Positions 52,276 through 62,700 of a DNA stretch of 64,000 nucleotides are shown here, one piece after another. Source of the stretch: an uncultured virus (IMG/VR IMGVR_UViG_3300001518_000034). Lineage: Duplodnaviria; Heunggongvirae; Uroviricota; Caudoviricetes. Position 1 is the stretch's first letter. The number at the start of each line of letters is the position of its first letter. A model generated the notes under the pieces. It did no database searches, was not told where the DNA came from, and was given only the letters and a program-made list of their open reading frames with translations. A program made the translations under genes and the position numbers. The DNA lies in the IMG/VR virus record IMGVR_UViG_3300001518_000034. One strand, written 5' to 3'.

Positions 52276-53046
52276 TTAGTTATTTTGTTGTATAAATTGT
52301 TTAATATAATTTTTTGTAGATTGTAAAAAATTACAAGAATCTGAAATACACCATGCTAAATAATTTTTATCAATGGTTGATACAAATTCAAGACTTAATC
52401 CTTTATATTTACCAATATTGAAACATGGTTTAATTTCACCTTTAAATTCTTGATCAGTAATTACAGCATCTTCACCATACATATTAGCAGGTTCATATTG
52501 TTGATTTCTTTGTTGTGCTACAAATATAGTATATGTAGCTTTAACATCTGATAATGCATCATGTGCTTGTAAACCTGATTCTTCCATAGATTTACCTTTA
52601 TATCGTTTATAAACATCTTCAAGATGCATTCCATGACGCTTACGTTCTTCAACATAGGTATCATAACATTTACAATTCATAAATGAATATGATATACCTA
52701 CTCTATTTAACTCTGTTATTAAAAAAGGAATATCAAATCCATTACCATTATATGTAACTATATCACAATCTTTTATAAAATCAATTATTTCATTAGCTAC
52801 ATCTTTAAAATGAGGTTTATCCTTTAAATCATTTACTTTTATACCATGCTTAAAATATGCTTGTATAGAAATTTGATAATTACCAACTGGTTGAATAAAT
52901 AAATTCTTACTATCTATTAGTTGATTTGTTTCTGGATTAATTTTTATACCTGCAAACTGTATAATTTGATCTTTTATTCTATCTACTCCTGTTGTTTCTA
53001 AGTCAAAAACTACTAAATTTTTCATATAATTAAATTTATTATTCAT
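52276..53046 (-). CDS. DEDDh 3'-5' exonuclease (DNA Pol III epsilon / ExoX-like)
   Basis: VVFDLETTG, YNGNGFDIPFL, HDALSDVKAT and C-terminal FNIGKYKG. Confidence 0.9.
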   Translation of the reverse strand: MNNKFNYMKNLVVFDLETTGVDRIKDQIIQFAGIKINPETNQLIDSKNLFIQPVGNYQISIQAYFKHGIKVNDLKDKPHFKDVANEIIDFIKDCDIVTYNGNGFDIPFLITELNRVGISYSFMNCKCYDTYVEERKRHGMHLEDVYKRYKGKSMEESGLQAHDALSDVKATYTIFVAQQRNQQYEPANMYGEDAVITDQEFKGEIKPCFNIGKYKGLSLEFVSTIDKNYLAWCISDSCNFLQSTKNYIKQFIQQNN

Positions 53047-53159
53047 ATTTATAAAATTAAAATAGAAAAACCATTACAAAATTTAATTTTATTCATTTAT
53101 AGGTTATTACCTTTTTTTATTTTTAATAAAACAATTTTATAAAGATATATTTATTTAAT

Positions 53160-54467
53160 ATGAATCGTAAAACAAATATATTCTATAATAGTTCAGAAGA
53201 TTCTAAATTTTTAACATTTAATAACTATACCGAAGCTTTGACAGGTGATATTTTGGCTACAGATTATAAACTTTGGCCATCACGTTTTATTTGTGTATAT
53301 ATAGAAGATTTAGATAAAGAAGACTTTACTTTGAAATTACAAAAATATTATGAGAATAAATTAGCTACTCTTAGAGATAATATTGATGATGTTTCTGTAT
53401 TAAAGCCATTAAATTATTTAATTACATTTTTATATTGGTATGTTTATAACAGAAATATTACAAATAATGATGAGTTAAAAACACCTATTGATATTGAAAA
53501 ATCTTTATTAGATAATAACAACGATATATTAAGTTTAGTTAATTTTAATTATATTAGTGATATTGTAGAACAACAATATAATGGTACATATGCAGATATT
53601 ATTTGCACAATAAATCCAAATAAATGGAATAAACCACAATTACAATTTGTTCCGTTAGAAATTAATGAAGATGTATATGATACAGATTCATATTTAAATG
53701 AAATTGTAATAAATGTTGATAATACTGATTATTTACATGGATGGGAAAATGAATCTACAGCAAAAACAAAATTAGGCGAACAAATAAAAAATGCTATTGT
53801 TGATGAAATTAAAAATATAGATGGTGAAGATAAAAATATTTATTATGCTAAATCATTAATAGATAAAATAAATATAAATCAAGTTATATCAGAAACTAAT
53901 CTTAAATTTAATTTAATAATTCCATTATTTAATGTTATAAATACAAAAAATATAAATGATATTTCAAATGATGATGAAAATGTAACATCTATTGAATTAA
54001 CAAATAAAGTTAATATTCCTTTAGGAATTTATTTTACAGATAATGATGTAGAATTACAAATTAATGGAAAGTTTTCTACTAATTGGTCGTTATTAATTAG
54101 TACACAATTTAGTGCATTTCCATTCTCATATGATATACAACAGAATTTTGACGATTCGCAATCAACTAAACAAGCATATTTGACATTTGCTGAAATTTTA
54201 GCTAATCAAACAAATTTTACAGATGCATTAGTTAAATATGATATTTTAATTAAATCATTACAAAAAAGATTAGAAATTGCTGAGAGTAAATTAAATAATA
54301 TATCAACAGTTCAAAACATTGATGGTATTGTTAAGAATATAACTAATATACAAAATTCTATAGATGAATTAACTACAGATATAAATAATAAATTAGAAAA
54401 ATTAGATAAGAAGATAGAAGCCAATAAACTTAAATGGCAAGTAAATGCAAAAAATAATACTAATTAA
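53160..54467 (+). CDS. Hypothetical protein with C-terminal coiled coil, probably structural
   Basis: 435 aa; first gene of the + strand large-gene block. Confidence 0.6.
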   Translation: MNRKTNIFYNSSEDSKFLTFNNYTEALTGDILATDYKLWPSRFICVYIEDLDKEDFTLKLQKYYENKLATLRDNIDDVSVLKPLNYLITFLYWYVYNRNITNNDELKTPIDIEKSLLDNNNDILSLVNFNYISDIVEQQYNGTYADIICTINPNKWNKPQLQFVPLEINEDVYDTDSYLNEIVINVDNTDYLHGWENESTAKTKLGEQIKNAIVDEIKNIDGEDKNIYYAKSLIDKININQVISETNLKFNLIIPLFNVINTKNINDISNDDENVTSIELTNKVNIPLGIYFTDNDVELQINGKFSTNWSLLISTQFSAFPFSYDIQQNFDDSQSTKQAYLTFAEILANQTNFTDALVKYDILIKSLQKRLEIAESKLNNISTVQNIDGIVKNITNIQNSIDELTTDINNKLEKLDKKIEANKLKWQVNAKNNTN

Positions 54468-54471
54468 GTAA

Positions 54472-57400
54472 ATGAATAGTACTAATACATTAAAAGAATA
54501 TTACATTAAAATATTTGATTTATATAATAATTGTGTAAATATGCTAACATCATTGAATCAAAGTTTATCAACGGCATCACCACAGGTTTCGTTGAATATT
54601 ATTGATTCAGATGGAATAAGTCATGAAACAAAAATTCCATCATTTATTTATTTAGATAATAAACTAGATGAAATTAAAAATAGTTTTAATAATTTTTTTG
54701 ATATTCCAAATAGTGGAGATGCATGGTTTGAAAATGATTCAAATATGTATAAATTTCATTTAATAAAAAGTAATACAGCTCCACAAATTCCGAATATTAT
54801 TAATGATAAATTAGTAGCATCATTTACAGATAATAATTATTTTAAGGATTTAGTATCTCCTAAAATGTATTTAAAAATGAATATATCAAACTTAACAAAT
54901 AATATTGAGAAAATATTTGTTAAGAAATATATTTTTTATAATACTGCATCAAATAATTTATATGAAATAATTCAAAATAGTGGAATTAAAACCAATGAAC
55001 AATATGCAGCATTGTTATCATCATATACTAAAGGAAAAGATTATGATGTATATGATTTAATTCTTGATTTACCTTTAAAGAAAGAAATTTATAATTCACA
55101 ATTTCAAATAGAAGAAATTGTTAAATTAGATGGTGATAATCCATATGTTGAATATAATACAGACTTAAATAAAGAAGTTCTTAATTATAAATTAATATTA
55201 AATACAATTGAATATAATAATCAAGAAGATAATTCTATAAAGTTTTTATTAAAAGCTGGAGATAGTTTATCATTAAATAACACTAATTCAGAATATTATG
55301 TTAAATATGTAAATAATACAACTAATGAAGTTATTATTGAAGAACGTTTAGGACATTCTGCATTACAACCATTTAATGAAAATCCAAATATGTTCTTTAC
55401 AATTAATAATCATAATTATGATGATTATAATTATATACAAATTCCATTAGAAGAAAATCAATATATTGCTGTATTCATTGGAACAATATATAATAATGTA
55501 AGAAGTATATTATCTAATGGAGTTTTATTAGATCTTAACAATATTTATATGATTGATGAATATGGAAATAAGTTAGTTGATTCAAAAGGTAATCAAATTA
55601 CTTATATGAAATATTATAATACATATTGTAAGAATATTGGAGATATACTTTCAGGATTTAGTGAAATTACTAACCCATTATTATCTGAATATGAATATAA
55701 TACACTTGAAGATTTACAAACATCTGAATCAATTAAAGAATTAGTTGATAAGTCATTTAATTCAACAGATATTCTTCAAGTTGTTCCAATTAATAAACAC
55801 TTAATAGATGATTCAACAACACAAGAAATTATAAATCTTCATAATCAAAAAAGTGAATTAAATAATAAATTAACTTCAATTAATTCAAACATTGATGATT
55901 TATATAATACATTGACAAATACTGATTGGTCTCAAGAGGTTGCTAATTCTCAATTATCAATTCGTAAGAAACTTGATGAATATTATAATGAACGTACACA
56001 AATAACAACACAATTATCTAATGTTGTTGACAGTATTAATGCAAAATCAGTAGTAAAATATGATGAAGACTTAAAATATAGAATTCGTGGTATATTAGAT
56101 ACTAATCAACTTGAAGAATATGTTTCTTCTAATTATCAAAATGTTGTAATAATTGGTATAGATGTACAATATAAATATAAATCTAACTATTCAACAACAA
56201 CAGCTATGCAATCAATTAATGCTAATACATTTACTGATTGGAATAGATATACTACTAAAGATAAAGAACGTTATGTTGATTTTAATGAATATACATCATC
56301 AATAGAACTTAAATGGTTAAATGAAAATAGTACTGATAATATAATTAAATGGAATCAAATTGATATTCCAATTAATCAAAATGAAGAAGTTGTATTTAAA
56401 ATAAGATATAAATATAATATTGGTCAACCATTTGTAACTTTATATACTCCATGGTCTAATGAAGAAACATTTGTATTCCCAGATGAATATAAAGAAATGG
56501 TTCAAATAAGTGAAATTATTGAAGAAAATGCAAGTGATACAAATACATCTAACTTTAATAAAACACTTATTAATGATGGTTATGCAGAACATGTAAATAA
56601 TAAGTTTATATCTGGAAATCAAGTATTCTATCATATGCCTGAATCTATTTATTCAGGATTTAATACTTCTGAAAATAACTTATTATCACTTAAAGATAAA
56701 TTAACTGAAATGTCTAATGATATTGAAAAATATCGTGATATATTAGATGAATCAATTAAGAAAAAATATAGTGTTTATCTTGAATTTGATAATCAAGTTA
56801 TTGAATTATTCTCAGGTTCAATTAACCGTGTTAATATTAATGATACTAATATAACAGATTCATTTATTAAAAAACCTATGAGAATTATTATTAAGAATAC
56901 AGGTGAAAATCCTGTTAAATTCTATACAATGTTCCCAGGTAATTCAAATGTTACTCTTATTGAAGATAACCGTAAATCATATGTTAGAACAATTGGAGAA
57001 TATGAACGTGTTCCAATTTTAATTAATGATCAAATGACTCCTCAATTTTTAGGACAATGGATATATTTTCGTCAAAACAATCCATTTACTAAAGAAGATA
57101 TATATTTAAATGAGAATTCTCAAAATATACAAGATAAATCAAACATTAATGATATTTTAATTTGGGGTAAAAATAATAGTGATTATAAAGCAAAAGATAA
57201 TTCACAAATATTATATCCATATAAAGAACATGGTGGATTTAATATTAACTTAAATAAGAATATCTGGCAAGGATTAAAATATACACCATCGGCAGATGGT
57301 TCCGAATATACAATTACAGAATATACTTTATCTAATTTATTAGATTCTGAAGAAATTGATTATAGTAATAAAACATTAAATAACTTCTATCATTATGATA

Positions 57401-57879
57401 ATGTAAAAGATGGAAGCAATATTTATTTAATGAGATTTGAAGATATTAAATATGTGACAAATAATAAGATTATTTATTTATCTGAAAATGATGTTATATC
57501 TGATTTTATGAATGCAGGTTATGATTATTTAGATAATTCAATTCAAGACTTTAATGGTGCATTCTTATATCCAGATATTATGCATAAGAATAATATTATA
57601 ATTGATAATACAGATATAAATCCAAATAATTATATGAGTATTGATATTGGTAAAGATATGACAATACCTTTAACATTTGAATATTGTTTAAATAATACAA
57701 CAGGTGATAATTCTAAACCAATTTCAACAATTAAAAAATCTATTTATTTTGATTTAAAAGATTCATTATTTGTAGATGCTAAAAATTATATGATTGAATT
57801 AACAGTTAATAATAATTATTCATCATTAAATAATTATTTAGATATAACAAATTTATTACAACCAGAAGGAACTGAATAA
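54472..57879 (+). CDS. Large hypothetical protein, probably virion structural
   Basis: 1135 aa with coiled-coil segments and a beta-rich ...YTPWS segment. Confidence 0.6.
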   Translation: MNSTNTLKEYYIKIFDLYNNCVNMLTSLNQSLSTASPQVSLNIIDSDGISHETKIPSFIYLDNKLDEIKNSFNNFFDIPNSGDAWFENDSNMYKFHLIKSNTAPQIPNIINDKLVASFTDNNYFKDLVSPKMYLKMNISNLTNNIEKIFVKKYIFYNTASNNLYEIIQNSGIKTNEQYAALLSSYTKGKDYDVYDLILDLPLKKEIYNSQFQIEEIVKLDGDNPYVEYNTDLNKEVLNYKLILNTIEYNNQEDNSIKFLLKAGDSLSLNNTNSEYYVKYVNNTTNEVIIEERLGHSALQPFNENPNMFFTINNHNYDDYNYIQIPLEENQYIAVFIGTIYNNVRSILSNGVLLDLNNIYMIDEYGNKLVDSKGNQITYMKYYNTYCKNIGDILSGFSEITNPLLSEYEYNTLEDLQTSESIKELVDKSFNSTDILQVVPINKHLIDDSTTQEIINLHNQKSELNNKLTSINSNIDDLYNTLTNTDWSQEVANSQLSIRKKLDEYYNERTQITTQLSNVVDSINAKSVVKYDEDLKYRIRGILDTNQLEEYVSSNYQNVVIIGIDVQYKYKSNYSTTTAMQSINANTFTDWNRYTTKDKERYVDFNEYTSSIELKWLNENSTDNIIKWNQIDIPINQNEEVVFKIRYKYNIGQPFVTLYTPWSNEETFVFPDEYKEMVQISEIIEENASDTNTSNFNKTLINDGYAEHVNNKFISGNQVFYHMPESIYSGFNTSENNLLSLKDKLTEMSNDIEKYRDILDESIKKKYSVYLEFDNQVIELFSGSINRVNINDTNITDSFIKKPMRIIIKNTGENPVKFYTMFPGNSNVTLIEDNRKSYVRTIGEYERVPILINDQMTPQFLGQWIYFRQNNPFTKEDIYLNENSQNIQDKSNINDILIWGKNNSDYKAKDNSQILYPYKEHGGFNINLNKNIWQGLKYTPSADGSEYTITEYTLSNLLDSEEIDYSNKTLNNFYHYDNVKDGSNIYLMRFEDIKYVTNNKIIYLSENDVISDFMNAGYDYLDNSIQDFNGAFLYPDIMHKNNIIIDNTDINPNNYMSIDIGKDMTIPLTFEYCLNNTTGDNSKPISTIKKSIYFDLKDSLFVDAKNYMIELTVNNNYSSLNNYLDITNLLQPEGTE

Positions 57880-57896
57880 AAACATCAATAATTGAC

Positions 57897-59159
57897 ATGA
57901 AAAATTTTTTAGCAAATAAACATAATGTAGCTGTATCTGCTTATATAACTGATTTAAATCCATCACAGATTACAACAAATGGAGCATTAACAATTATTGA
58001 TAATAGTGATCCACAAAATCATATTCAAGGATTGGTTCCAAATTCATACAGTATATTTTTAGATAATTTATTTTTAGCTACTGGATATGGATTTTCATCA
58101 TATTATAATTTTGAAAGAGCATCATATGTTGTTTCAACCTATGCTAATGCATATTCATATATTTTACATACATTAGATGAATTAAGTAAAAAAACATTTA
58201 ATCTTGAATATTCATATGTAAATTCTGAAAATAAAATTGATAGTATATATAATAGTTATGGTTGGCTTACTGAATATAAAGAATTAGACATTAAACGTAA
58301 AGATGCACATACATATTTAATATCTTTAAATACCGTTAATACATATTATATTTCTAATATGAAATTAGAAATTATTGGTGGAGAAAATATATATGGATTA
58401 AATGAAGATAATTCTACCGAATTAACATATAATTATTTTGATATTGGTGATACTGAATCAGCTGAAGTTAAATTTTCATTTATAAAAAATGCTTCAATTA
58501 ATAAAGCAAAAATTAAAGATAACGCACCATCAGTATATTTTGATAATGAACTTATAGATTTTAGTAATAATAATATAATTGATGATGGTATAAGCACTTA
58601 TACTATAAAAAATTATAGCAATCCACAAGTTAATCAAACAAAAGATATTACATTAGTATGTAAACGTAATGATGATATAATTTATAGTTATACATTTATT
58701 AATGCAATTAAATGGAGATATAAAATATTACCATTTAATACTGAAAAAAATAATGCATTATCTGAATTAGATTTAAATACAATTTTAGCACTTGATAATA
58801 TTAATTTTGGTGATAATTCATTCGATATTACAACTAATAATGATATATATAATAATTTTATAAAATTTATTGATAATCATCATAATCAAATGGTATACTT
58901 AGATGATAATACTCAAATTGAATTTAGTGGAATTGGATATAAATACATAAATAATAATCAAACAATACATAATTTTTCACATGATTATATTCTTATTATG
59001 AGTAATTCAGTAAATTTCGATTTTTATTTTAATGGTATTAAGAATAATTGTTGGAATTATATAGAATTTAATAATAAAGATCATGTATACAGATTATATC
59101 AATCAACACAACGATATATAGGTAAACATATATGGACAATTAAATACAACTATGAATAA
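57897..59159 (+). CDS. Hypothetical protein, probably structural
   Basis: 420 aa, Asn-rich. Confidence 0.6.
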   Translation: MKNFLANKHNVAVSAYITDLNPSQITTNGALTIIDNSDPQNHIQGLVPNSYSIFLDNLFLATGYGFSSYYNFERASYVVSTYANAYSYILHTLDELSKKTFNLEYSYVNSENKIDSIYNSYGWLTEYKELDIKRKDAHTYLISLNTVNTYYISNMKLEIIGGENIYGLNEDNSTELTYNYFDIGDTESAEVKFSFIKNASINKAKIKDNAPSVYFDNELIDFSNNNIIDDGISTYTIKNYSNPQVNQTKDITLVCKRNDDIIYSYTFINAIKWRYKILPFNTEKNNALSELDLNTILALDNINFGDNSFDITTNNDIYNNFIKFIDNHHNQMVYLDDNTQIEFSGIGYKYINNNQTIHNFSHDYILIMSNSVNFDFYFNGIKNNCWNYIEFNNKDHVYRLYQSTQRYIGKHIWTIKYNYE

Positions 59160-59733
59160 TATTAGTAATATTAAAGATCAATATCAATTGAATTCAATAT
59201 TAGATATATATGATGGTTATAAAAATAATCAAACAACTAATTCTGCTTTACAATATTATATTGATCATAATTCTATTCCAAATGGTATAATATTATCTGA
59301 TAAGATTAGACCTGTTCATGGTATGCATCAAATTTCATATACTCATTATTATTCATATGATAATCAATATGATTATGCATTGGATTTTTATCCATTATTA
59401 TTATCAGCTCATATACCTGCATATGTTATAAATAATTATAAATTAATATCTGCTAAAGATATTGATTTTGAAAATGCTTATTTAAAATATGCACAACCTT
59501 CATATGATTATGATGAACCAATATCATATTATGATTTAACTATAGATAATAATGGTAAATTAAATACAACAGAATGTACAACAGGTACAACATATTCATT
59601 TAATAGACCAATAACTCCTTATATAAATAATACATATGATTTATTAAATATTGTTGATTATTTATTAAATAGAGTAAATTGTTTAAATTTTTTATTAGAA
59701 ACTATTAAAAAACAAAAAAATGTCGCAAATTAA
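59152..59733 (+). CDS. Hypothetical protein, paralogous to the N-terminus of the next gene
   Basis: NNYKLISAKDIDFEN...YINNTYDLLNIVDYLL. Confidence 0.65.
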   Translation: MNNISNIKDQYQLNSILDIYDGYKNNQTTNSALQYYIDHNSIPNGIILSDKIRPVHGMHQISYTHYYSYDNQYDYALDFYPLLLSAHIPAYVINNYKLISAKDIDFENAYLKYAQPSYDYDEPISYYDLTIDNNGKLNTTECTTGTTYSFNRPITPYINNTYDLLNIVDYLLNRVNCLNFLLETIKKQKNVAN

Positions 59734-59745
59734 TTTTATATAATT

Positions 59746-62700
59746 ATGGCACAAAAGAATTATTTTTCATACAATATAATAGACACACTATATTTTAATC
59801 AACCAACAGGAACAGATTTACAAAAAGTATATGGTAATAATATTCCTGCGTCATTTGTTAGACGTAATTCAATTGAATATGATCAAATGAATCCAGATGA
59901 ACAAAGATTATATGATGAAAATGAAAGAAATTTTATTGAAGCGGTTATTAATAAATATATAATGGATGATTTTGGTAAAGGTAGTTATATTGGTATCGAT
60001 ACAAATTATCATGATAATAATGAACATGAATTAACTAAAGAAATAACATATGCATATTTCAAAACTAGTTATGAAGTTGGTATTGAATTATCCGATATGA
60101 TATCAAATATTAATGGTGTGCATAATTATAAATTAATATCGGCTAAAGATATTGATTTTGATAATATTATATTACCAAATTCAGCTATTTCTAGAGATTT
60201 TAACTGGGGTGGATTTGATAGAAATCGTAGATGGGGCGATAAACCAATTCATATTAATAATACATTTGAACTATTAAATGTTATAGATTATTTATTGTGT
60301 GCATGTGATAATCTTTGGAATGAATTATATAAACTTAAATATAGTGTTAATGAAGGTGTAGAAATTTGGTTTACAAAAAATGCATCTGATAGAACATTAA
60401 TTTCTAGTTCAATGAAATTAGTTGTACAAGATTTTCAACGAGATAATACAGAACGTACTGAAGCAACTAGAATGATTACATATTTAGATCCATTTAATTA
60501 TTATACATCATTAAATAATAATGCTGAAAATAATTTTGGTATGGTTACTAATTTTTATGTAGTAAATGAAGATTCAGATGATTTAACATTTGATAGAAAG
60601 ATTATTGATAATAAAGGACGAAATATTATTTTAATGATCATTTTACCAAATAGTAAAGCTATTGGACAAGCTAACGCAACAACTACTCAAAATGTTAATA
60701 GTACATTACAACAAATATATGCATATAAAATTGGTAATGAATTAAAAATATATCCAGGTTCTAGAATTGATGCATTTATAAATGAAAACTATATAATTAA
60801 CAATTCAAATGATTTAGTTGATTTTAAAAATAAAAAATTAAAATATGAGACATATTTTAAATCAAATTCTAGAGATAATATTTATTCACAAATATATATT
60901 GAATTTCTTAATACATCAAAATTTAATCAATCAATAAAAAACCCATATTTACTTTATTATATAAAAGATTCAAATGTTAAAGTAGTTGTATCATATAATT
61001 ATGAAGGATCTGGCCAAGCTTATGCGACAACTATATATGATATTATTTTAAGAAACATAAATAATACTGCTACTTATTCATTATATAATACACATACATC
61101 AAGTGACGATGATAATTTTAATGTTATTACTAATGAATATGATCCAAAATTTTATATTATACCTGATGAATTTTTTTCTACATTAGAGGTTGCGACACCA
61201 AATTCTAGAAAGTACTCAGCATCTTCACAATCTATTAGAATATATTACTATAAAAATTCAAATAATTTAACATGTAAAGTTACAAGATTAAAAGATGATG
61301 AAGAAATTGAAATTAAGCCAGAAAATGATCCAACACAATCAAATTCATTAGCATATAATTATTTTAGATATAATGTACCAGATGGTCAAAAAATAACATT
61401 TGAATTTGATTCATCATATATTGCTTTAGATTCAACTAACGAAGGTAATCCATTAGGATTAAAATTAGATGATGAGTATAAAGATATTATGCTTTATAAT
61501 CCAAGTAGTGTTAATGATGAAGATAAAGACAAATATTATCAATTTATAAATACTGAAGATTCAGGAACATATAAGCGTATCTTTAAACAATTTAATATTG
61601 ATACATTTGATACTAGAAATTATATTAATATAGATAACAAAAGTCAATCATATAAACATATATGGGTAAAATACGATAATCCATATAAACTTAATTTAAC
61701 AATTGATCATGATGAATTAATTACACAATCATTAATATATTCTGATGTTAATAATGAAATCAATAAAATAATTGAAAATAATGAATTAAATATGATATCT
61801 TATAATAAATATACATTAGAACATACTTTGTCTGATGGTGTAGAAGAAATCAAATTTAATTTAAGATTTCATATTGACGAAACATCAAAAGTTAAAGGAA
61901 CTGAATGCATAATACCATTAAATATTAATAAGATATATTATCCAACTATTAATTATTATACTTATAATGCAATGGATTTGGAAAGAAAAAAATATAATAA
62001 TATTGAATATACATATACAGTTAGTGGTATTAATCAAAAAGCAACATTATCTGAAATATATAATAAAACATTCCGTAAATATGATTATAATTCATCTGGT
62101 AAACTTAATTTACCTCAAAATGTTTATAAAACAATGTCTACTGATCAAATAGATATTAATACTTTAGATGATTTACAATTACAAAAGTCATATGATTGTA
62201 CAATAAATAATGCAATATTTGAATTTACATATAATCACTATAAATCAAACATTGTTAATTTAATTGGTGGATGGTATACAGAGAATTATATAAAAAGACA
62301 TTTAAAGAAAGACTTTGCTGCAACAAAACTAAAATTTAATGATAATTCATCTGAAACAATATTAAAGAGTGAAATTAATACTGATTCAGCATATTCATAT
62401 CATTTATATATGTTTAATTTAAATGGATTTGGTAGAAATTATCGTTTACATGGTAATGGTCATACTTTACCAAGTAATTATAATAATTCTAGTAGTAATA
62501 TATCATCTCTTTATCCAGAATTTGATTTAATATCTATTGCATCTAATAAAGATTATCAATCGATTAATGAACAATTAAAATTTAAATTAGATGATAATAA
62601 TGCACAATTGTCACATATTGCTATTGAAATGAATGATAATGAATATGTTTGGACTCAAAATGATTTAGAATTTAATTCTGGATATAATATTAAATATACA

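Noticed and set aside
548..62152. Antisense or alternate-frame ORFs in the track (e.g. 548-748, 652-900, 2131-2388, 11428-11733, 25032-25415, 31848-32132, 49769-50044, 56440-56634, 61967-62152)
   Set aside because: They lie within or opposite well-supported genes and have shadow-ORF composition.
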